32,000 bases of DNA from Nonlabens ponticola (lineage in GTDB: Bacteria > Bacteroidota > Bacteroidia > Flavobacteriales > Flavobacteriaceae): the NCBI RefSeq assembly GCF_003966335.1, contig NZ_CP034549.1, positions 180,001 to 212,000 of the forward strand, written 5' to 3'. Both the position numbers and the translations under genes were made by a program. Shown piece after piece: positions 26,332 through 32,000 of this stretch. The notes beneath the pieces were generated by a model. That model did not search any database. It was not told the DNA's origin and was given only the letters and a program-made list of their open reading frames with translations. Within the stretch, counting starts at the first letter, position 1. Each line of letters begins with the position of its first letter.

Positions 26332-26435
26332 CTTGCACAGTTTAAATTATACAATAAGCGTGGATTCATAAGCAACGCACATGTTCTATCACCGCAATGC
26401 TCTATCATCTTAGCCGCAAGACGTATCTTGCTACC

Positions 26436-27089
26436 ATGTTTTTTCTACCTAAGGATCTTGATGATTACATAGTGCAGCACTCTCAGGACGAGCCGCAAAT
26501 TTTGCAGGATTTGACACGCGAGACCTATCGCAAGGTATTGCAACCCATCATGCTTTCTGGCGCTTATCAGGGTCGCGTGTTGAGTATGATCTCACAGTTG
26601 CGCGCACCTAAACAAGTTCTAGAAATTGGCACATTCACGGGTTATTCCGCACTGTGTTTGATGGAAGGCATGCCCGATGGCAGTGAACTGCACACTATTG
26701 ATATCAATGAAGAACTTGAGGATATGGCTGCTGGATACTTTGCACGCTTTCGCGAAAGCGAGAACAAAAACATCACCATCCACCAACATATAGGCGATGC
26801 AACTACCATTATACCATCACTGCAAGCTGGCTTTGATTTAGTCTTCATTGATGCAGACAAGCCTAACTACGTCAATTACTACCACCAAGTCATGGAAAAA
26901 GTGACATCTGGCGCCTTGATCATTACCGATAATGTCCTGTGGCACGGGAAAGTTGTGAAAGATGTAAAGCCTAAGGATAGCTCAACACCTATCCTATTAG
27001 AATACAACAAATTGCTTAAGGAAGATCCTAGATTACAAACTGTTTTGTTAAGCGTGCGTGATGGTTTGACACTAAGTCGAGTGCTGTAA
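26436..27089 (+). CDS. Class I SAM-dependent O-methyltransferase (caffeoyl-CoA O-methyltransferase-like, Methyltransf_3 type)
   Basis: Start at ATG 26436. Motif I VLEIGTFTGYSALCL, then FIDADKPNY and ITDNVLWHGKV, typical of cation-dependent O-methyltransferases. Confidence 0.8.
   Translation: MFFLPKDLDDYIVQHSQDEPQILQDLTRETYRKVLQPIMLSGAYQGRVLSMISQLRAPKQVLEIGTFTGYSALCLMEGMPDGSELHTIDINEELEDMAAGYFARFRESENKNITIHQHIGDATTIIPSLQAGFDLVFIDADKPNYVNYYHQVMEKVTSGALIITDNVLWHGKVVKDVKPKDSSTPILLEYNKLLKEDPRLQTVLLSVRDGLTLSRVL
26745..26760. repeat. Iterated palindrome, 16-bp perfect copy (CGCTTTCGCGAAAGCG)
   Basis: Read directly. Inside the O-methyltransferase CDS, encoding RFRES. Confidence 0.9.
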
Positions 27090-27644
27090 TTTCTGGAAAA
27101 TTGCCACCATCGCTTTATAGAATAAAATCCCTAGAAGTAAGCCAACGAGCATGCCCACGATCACATCAAACGGATAGTGAACACCAACCATGATGCGCGA
27201 TAAGGCAAACGTCAAGGGCCATAGGTAAAATAACAAATACCATCGTGACCAGCTGTATTTCCTAAGCAACAACACTACAAAAGTGGTCACTGCAAAGCTT
27301 ACAGCACTATGACCAGACCAGAAGCTAAAGTTCTCTGGCATCTGGAATACATTGATGGCATCTACCAAAGCTGGTTCGTTATTAGGTCGCAGTCGTTGCA
27401 CCTGATCCTTGACTACATTAGTAAGCCACAACGTGACGCTAGCAACAGTAAATACACCAAGAATGGAGGCTAGACCACGACGCCAACGCAGCTTGTAAAT
27501 AAGTATAAAAAAGAAGAGCAAATAGAGCGGTATCCAATTCTCGATTTGCGTGACAAATAACCAAAACTCATTAAATCTACTAATAGGCAATCCATTGATA
27601 AACCTGAAGATGTCCTGATCGATCTGGACGAGTGATTCCCACAT
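27072..27644 (-). CDS. PAP2-family membrane phosphatase (phosphatidic acid / undecaprenyl-diphosphate phosphatase type)
   Basis: Multi-TM. PAP2 motifs: KDQVQRLRP, SGHS, SRIMVGVHYPFDV. Its ATG overlaps the tatA stop (TAATG). Confidence 0.8.
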   Translation of the reverse strand: MWESLVQIDQDIFRFINGLPISRFNEFWLFVTQIENWIPLYLLFFFILIYKLRWRRGLASILGVFTVASVTLWLTNVVKDQVQRLRPNNEPALVDAINVFQMPENFSFWSGHSAVSFAVTTFVVLLLRKYSWSRWYLLFYLWPLTFALSRIMVGVHYPFDVIVGMLVGLLLGILFYKAMVAIFQKLQHST

Positions 27645-27922
27645 TAGCGCATCTTGCGTTTGATAGATCCAGATTCTTCTATCTGGTCTTTTACTTCCTC
27701 GATTTGTTGGGTAATCTTTTTAACGTCTTCATTGAAGCCGTGCTCCTCGGCACTTTTTGTGATCTCATTTTTTAGATCATCGGTAGCGTTACGCACTGTA
27801 CTCATGGCCTTGGCAATACCACGGGCAATCTCTGGCAACTTGTCAGAGCCAAAGACCAATATAATCACCAGGCCGACGATCATCATCTCTGGCGTGCTTA
27901 TAAAAAGTGGTAGTGAAAACAT
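27644..27922 (-). CDS. tatA: Twin-arginine translocase subunit TatA/E
   Basis: Start taken at ATG 27922 (MFSLPLFISTPEMMIVGLVIILVFGSDKLPEIARGIAKAM). This gives one TM helix, the FG-x-KLPE hinge, an amphipathic helix and an acidic tail. The tracked start at 27955 is less likely. Confidence 0.8.
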   Translation of the reverse strand: MFSLPLFISTPEMMIVGLVIILVFGSDKLPEIARGIAKAMSTVRNATDDLKNEITKSAEEHGFNEDVKKITQQIEEVKDQIEESGSIKRKMR

Positions 27923-27960
27923 ATTACAAATATACAATCTTGTATATCGCGGCACTATTT

Positions 27961-28806
27961 TTAGTCGGTGGACTGCGGTAGATAATTAAAATACTCTATG
28001 GTATTTTCAATACCATCAGCATCGTTAGTTTGAACCGTGCGGCTTATAGGGAACATACGATTATCAAGCTCATACTCGTACTCAATCGCTCGCTCCACAA
28101 ATATGGTGCTTGAGGTGCGTACAACATCAATCCTGCGCGTGGGCAAATAACGTGTGTAAGGAACAAAATCTGGAAAGATCAAGAACCGTAAAACATCATT
28201 CATATCCCTAAAAGGATTGTTATTGAACACATAGACAAAATCAGAATATCGTTCTACGGTAAAACCATTTTCCGCTAGCTCATCGATACGTCTCACATTA
28301 AAATTCTCACTGTAATTGTATCGCAAATCGCTTACAAACTCTTCCTCATTATCATTCTCGTCTAGCGTTACCGTTCTTGCGCGGTCAATACGGTTTTGTA
28401 AATCAATTTCCAAGATCGTGCGTTGTCTATCGCCAGTAGGAAAGGTTTTAAGTACCGTTAGCTCGTTAGCATCATAGGAAATATCTTGGGTGATCGTTCC
28501 TTCATCATTTTGCTGCACGATGCGATTAAGTCTATTGTTAGCCGCGTATTCTAATGATACTGTTCTATCGTCCTCACCTCCAAATTCAATACTCTCAATT
28601 AAGTCGAGATCATTGTAGGACAAATCATAGGTCTGGAAGCTATTGGATTCTTCATCGTCACTCACGGCAATATCTGACAGGCGCACCAGATCATCTACTG
28701 GCTCTTCAATACCTACTTGATCATTTTCAAAATTATCGTCGCTATCGTCACAAGACATAAATATCCCAAGACATAGAACAATCGCTATAACGTGAATTGA
28801 CTTCAT
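27961..28806 (-). CDS. Hypothetical acidic lipoprotein with YD-repeat-like beta-hairpin periodicity
   Basis: Lipobox GIFMSCDD. Recurring (L/I)xY(D/N)xxxx(L/R)(I/V) segments: LSYNDLDLIESIEF, LEYAANNRLNRIVQ, ISYDANELTVLKTF, LRYNYSENFNVRRI. No family recognised. Confidence 0.55.
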   Translation of the reverse strand: MKSIHVIAIVLCLGIFMSCDDSDDNFENDQVGIEEPVDDLVRLSDIAVSDDEESNSFQTYDLSYNDLDLIESIEFGGEDDRTVSLEYAANNRLNRIVQQNDEGTITQDISYDANELTVLKTFPTGDRQRTILEIDLQNRIDRARTVTLDENDNEEEFVSDLRYNYSENFNVRRIDELAENGFTVERYSDFVYVFNNNPFRDMNDVLRFLIFPDFVPYTRYLPTRRIDVVRTSSTIFVERAIEYEYELDNRMFPISRTVQTNDADGIENTIEYFNYLPQSTD

Positions 28807-28820
28807 ACTTCTATAAACAC

Positions 28821-28850
28821 AAAAAAGCCAGATTCATTGTGAATCTGGCT
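28821..28850 (-). terminator. Rho-independent terminator of the M1 peptidase gene
   Basis: GCCAGATTC-attgt-GAATCTGGC. On the minus strand it is followed by a T6 run, and it lies about 25 bp after the stop at 28875. Confidence 0.8.
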
Positions 28851-28874
28851 TCAAATTTATGGTTTAAAGAACGG

Positions 28875-31175
28875 TTAGTTCTTCATTTCCTCAAACTTAT
28901 CTACTGTTGCTTCCTGCGGCCATGTGTTATTGGTCACGTCAACATCAGCAGTTTCTAGGTTAGGATCTATAACGATTTTTGTCACCTCTTTCATGGTGGC
29001 TTTACTTATAGTTACTTCCTTGTCATTGTATCTCCAGATTTCCGCTGGGTGCGTTACCATCTCTGTAGAGCCATCTGCATAAGTGTACTCAAGGATGATA
29101 GGCATCACCAATCCACCTGGCTTCTCAACAGTAACCTGATAGAAGTATTTAGGAGACTTCATCATACCACGTTCTTCTGGTGTGAAGTTGTCCATAAGGT
29201 ACTCGTTAAGAGCCACAGCTTCTTCTTTAGGATCTTTTCCCTTGAGATTCTCATCAAATTCTTCACTGCCTTCTTTTACCATAAAAACTAACGGTGGTAA
29301 ACGATCTAGTGGAATTCCTCTTTCTTCAGCGATTTTCTTAGTTTCTGCATTGATCTCATTGGAAACATAAAATCTATCAACCTCACCAATAGCCATATCT
29401 GTATATTGAGTTGTATAGAACCAGCCTCTCCAGAACCAGTCTAGATCAACGGCACTTGCATCTTCCATGGTGCGGAAGAAATCCTCAGGCGTTGGGTGCT
29501 TGAACATCCATCGCTGTGAATACGTACGGAATGCATAGTCAAATAAATCTCTACCCATGATTGTCTCACGCAAAATGTTCAAACCAGTAGCTGGCTTTGC
29601 GTAGGCGTTAGAACCAAATTGGTAGGTATTGATACCCTTTGTCATGATAGGTGCAATAAATCTTTGATCACCGCCCATGTAAGGAACGATGGCAGCTGCT
29701 GGGCCACGACGTGATGGATATTTGTCTAGATCTTGATCACCTTTAAGAGCCTCTGGATAGTTCTCTCCAAAATCCTGCTCTGCCACATACTGTACAAAAG
29801 TGTTCAAACCTTCATCCATCCATGTCCATTGACGCTCGTCACTATTCACGATCATTGGGAAATAATTATGTCCTACCTCGTGGATAATTACCGATATCAT
29901 TCCATATTTAGTACGGTCAGAATAAACGCCGTTCTCGTCTGGACGACCATAGTTCCAGCAAATCATAGGATATTCCATCCCTTGATTTTTTGCATGAACT
30001 GATATTGCTTTAGGATAAGGATAGTCAAAGGTCATTCTAGAGTAAGACTCTAGTGTTTGCTTTACAGCATACGTTGACCACTGCTCCCATAAAGGATTAC
30101 CTTCTGGCGGGTAGATAGAAACGGCCATGATGTCCTTTCCTCCTACTTTTACTGCCATCGCATCGGCGATGTATCTTCTTGAAGAAGTCCAACCAAAGTC
30201 ACGTACATAATCAGCCTTGAGCTTCCATGTTTTAGTCGCTGTTGCATTTCCTTGAGCCATTTTTTCTGCTTCTTCTTGAGTACGCAGGATTACTGGCTTA
30301 TCATAGCTTTTAGTTGCTTGCTCATAGCGGTTCATTTCCGTTTTTGAATAAACGTCTTTCTTGTTTTGGATAACTCCGGTACCGTCTAACCAGTGATCTG
30401 CAGGAACGGTGATGTTTACTTCAAACGTACCAAACGGTAGCGCAAACTCATCACGACCCCAGAACTGACTGTTTTGCCATCCTTCAACATCATTATAAAC
30501 AGCCATACGTGGATAGAACTGTGCAATTACATAAGCTCTATTACCATCAGGGAACTCTTCATAACCACTACGGCCGCGACCGTCAACGTGGTTGTTTATG
30601 TTGTAATCCCATTCAATGTCAAATTCAAATGACTTGCCTGGCTTCAAGGTTTCTGGCAACTCCACTCGCATCATCGTTTGATTGATGGTGTAGGTAAGAC
30701 CTTTTCCTTTGCTGTCAAGAACTTTGGTAATATTAAACCCACCATCAAAAGGCTCTTTCAAGAACGTGCTGGCAAAGTTTGACGGTGTCGTCGCAGACGG
30801 TACACCACTTCCTTCAATCAAAGGTGATTTAGAATCCTTGGCACGTACGTTTTGATCTAGTTGTACCCATAGGTAATCTAGATTGTCTGGTGACTTGTTA
30901 GTATAAGTGATCGTCTCATAACCGTTGATGTGATGATTTGCATCATCCAGTTTGATATCCATCTTGTAGTCAGCACGCTGCTGGTAATACATAGGACCTG
31001 GCGCTCCACTCGCGCTGCGGTACTGGTTAGGAGTTGAGAATTCCTGATACAGTTGACGGAATTTGTTCTCATTGGCATGTTCCTTAGCAGGCTCTTCTTG
31101 CTTCTCTGCTTCCTGTGCAAAGGAACCGTAAGAAACAAGCATCATTCCTAGAAACAGAAATTTAATTGCTTTCAT
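28875..31175 (-). CDS. M1-family zinc metallopeptidase (aminopeptidase N-like), secreted
   Basis: 766 aa with a signal peptide. Gluzincin signature HEVGHNYF...(18 aa)...WMDEGLNTF. Confidence 0.88.
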   Translation of the reverse strand: MKAIKFLFLGMMLVSYGSFAQEAEKQEEPAKEHANENKFRQLYQEFSTPNQYRSASGAPGPMYYQQRADYKMDIKLDDANHHINGYETITYTNKSPDNLDYLWVQLDQNVRAKDSKSPLIEGSGVPSATTPSNFASTFLKEPFDGGFNITKVLDSKGKGLTYTINQTMMRVELPETLKPGKSFEFDIEWDYNINNHVDGRGRSGYEEFPDGNRAYVIAQFYPRMAVYNDVEGWQNSQFWGRDEFALPFGTFEVNITVPADHWLDGTGVIQNKKDVYSKTEMNRYEQATKSYDKPVILRTQEEAEKMAQGNATATKTWKLKADYVRDFGWTSSRRYIADAMAVKVGGKDIMAVSIYPPEGNPLWEQWSTYAVKQTLESYSRMTFDYPYPKAISVHAKNQGMEYPMICWNYGRPDENGVYSDRTKYGMISVIIHEVGHNYFPMIVNSDERQWTWMDEGLNTFVQYVAEQDFGENYPEALKGDQDLDKYPSRRGPAAAIVPYMGGDQRFIAPIMTKGINTYQFGSNAYAKPATGLNILRETIMGRDLFDYAFRTYSQRWMFKHPTPEDFFRTMEDASAVDLDWFWRGWFYTTQYTDMAIGEVDRFYVSNEINAETKKIAEERGIPLDRLPPLVFMVKEGSEEFDENLKGKDPKEEAVALNEYLMDNFTPEERGMMKSPKYFYQVTVEKPGGLVMPIILEYTYADGSTEMVTHPAEIWRYNDKEVTISKATMKEVTKIVIDPNLETADVDVTNNTWPQEATVDKFEEMKN

Positions 31176-31242
31176 GTAAATATTTAATTTTTGACTAATG
31201 GGTGCTAATTTAAGAATAAAGAAATCGTTGTAGGTATCAAAC

Positions 31243-31803
31243 CTAAAACTTTACCTGATCCACAGGCGTATCCTTTGAATTGAGCAAGCTTTTGCGCTTG
31301 TCGTGTAATTTAAAATGTACAAGGTTTTTTTGATCTGGAAATAGCTCAAACAGCGCCTTATAACTCAGCTCAACTGTATTCGGCTCTCTAGCTACGGGTA
31401 ATTCTATGTAGAGTAGTATCTGGTCTGCATCATATTCTGCGCCAATTACCTTGGGATCTATGTCCTTGCCGTCAATGGATGCCGTGAGGCGCTTAGGAAT
31501 ATATTTTTGAAATAGGGCTAGTTGTGACGGCAATGTTTCTGGGTTTCCTAGAATGACTTCCGTTCCAGTTCGAGCTTCCAGCACGTCCTGAAAATCATCA
31601 ATAAAGAATCTGGATACCATTTGCAGCGCTCCAGCCTTCTCACTGTATGCTACATTAGATACTGATAGATAGTATTTGTGGTCTGTGGTGTTTATGCTTT
31701 CGCGAAAGCGTAACTCCAACAAATCAACGTCTTCATGAGTAGAATTGTCAACAGGAATGGCCATACCGACAAGTGCGATCAAACCAAGAAAAAATAATTT
31801 CAT
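31243..31803 (-). CDS. Hypothetical secreted protein (DUF6702-like, commonly next to M1 peptidase genes in Flavobacteriia)
   Basis: 186 aa with a signal peptide. The family name and the adjacency are recalled from memory only. Contains one copy of the palindrome (31695-31708). Confidence 0.5.
   Translation of the reverse strand: MKLFFLGLIALVGMAIPVDNSTHEDVDLLELRFRESINTTDHKYYLSVSNVAYSEKAGALQMVSRFFIDDFQDVLEARTGTEVILGNPETLPSQLALFQKYIPKRLTASIDGKDIDPKVIGAEYDADQILLYIELPVAREPNTVELSYKALFELFPDQKNLVHFKLHDKRKSLLNSKDTPVDQVKF
31695..31708. repeat. Iterated palindrome, 14-bp core copy (GCTTTCGCGAAAGC)
   Basis: Read directly. Inside CDS 31243-31803 (minus strand), encoding RFRES. Confidence 0.9.
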
Positions 31804-31869
31804 AGAATATTAATTACTGGCGCAAAATAAGCGCAGTACTGCTAGCTGCAAAAAGGATGCCTTACTCTT

Positions 31870-32000
31870 TTACTTCTTTTCCAGCGCGATATCTGGATCA
31901 CGTGATTTGAAGATCGTTGCAGTATCATCAAGAAACTTGAGTAATTCCAGCTCATTTTGAGACTCTAACATATCTCTATCAAGCCCACGTTCCTGTGCAA
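31870..32000 (-). CDS. 3' end of an unidentified CDS running off the window (...AQERGLDRDMLESQNELELLKFLDDTATIFKSRDPDIALEKK*)
   Basis: Hand translation of the minus strand, open from the window edge to TAA at 31870-31872. Not in the supplied ORF track (under 60 aa). Function unknown. Confidence 0.4.
   Translation of the reverse strand, partial: AQERGLDRDMLESQNELELLKFLDDTATIFKSRDPDIALEKK

Noticed and set aside
20396-26435. Phage-defence or toxin-antitoxin island in the repeat-rich region
   Set aside because: The genes present (secreted hypothetical, BlaI/BlaR1 pair, DUF4407-like) carry no nuclease, ATPase, helicase or toxin motifs that I can recognise. There is no evidence beyond the repeat density.
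27654-27989. 111-aa plus-strand ORF
   Set aside because: It is antisense to tatA, which has unmistakable TatA motifs.
16872-31708. The palindromes as rho-independent terminators or a single regulator's operator set
   Set aside because: There are no flanking T-runs and four copies lie inside CDSs. Positions relative to starts are inconsistent, so a genome-wide iterated element is the more economical reading.

Overview
AT-rich Bacteroidota chromosome segment that looks like a marine Flavobacteriia genome. All domain calls are by-eye motif recognition on the supplied ORF translations and DNA; no searches were run.

**Layout**
- **nt 1-18341, all + strand:** one polysaccharide-utilisation locus (PUL). 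It encodes a Y_Y_Y/LuxR transmembrane regulator (5'-truncated), SusC, SusD, a glucoamylase-like (PF10091/GH144-like) lipoprotein and a GH3 beta-glucosidase. Three consecutive genes then carry 2+2+4 copies of one unassigned ~150-aa Cys-capped module. Two of these proteins are T9SS cargo and one is a lipoprotein, and a 70-aa mini-ORF sits between them. A strong terminator follows, then a separately transcribed GH13 alpha-amylase lipoprotein.
- **nt 18357-18838:** tRNA-Leu(UAG), followed by an 84-aa GIY-YIG nuclease gene. That gene is bracketed by a direct duplication of the tRNA 3' half plus its terminator.
- **nt 19010-26195:** M20 dipeptidase, a secreted 246-aa hypothetical protein, a BlaI/BlaR1-type repressor/sensor pair with recognisable operators, and a DUF4407-like membrane protein.
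- **nt 26436-32000:** O-methyltransferase, PAP2 phosphatase, TatA, a YD-like lipoprotein, an M1 aminopeptidase, a DUF6702-like protein and a partial CDS.

**Most notable observations**
1. The eight-module, three-protein candidate glycan-binding set in a GH144-like/GH3 PUL.
2. The minimal GIY-YIG cassette with the tRNA-half duplication.
3. A strongly over-represented 14-18 bp palindrome (GCTTTCGCGAAAGC core). It has seven copies, four of them inside genuine CDSs.
4. Heptanucleotide tandem arrays ((T/A)TGGAG(C/T)) and inverted REP-like motifs bracketing the blaI-blaR1-DUF4407 block.

No CRISPR array, transposase, integrase or recognisable defence genes were seen.
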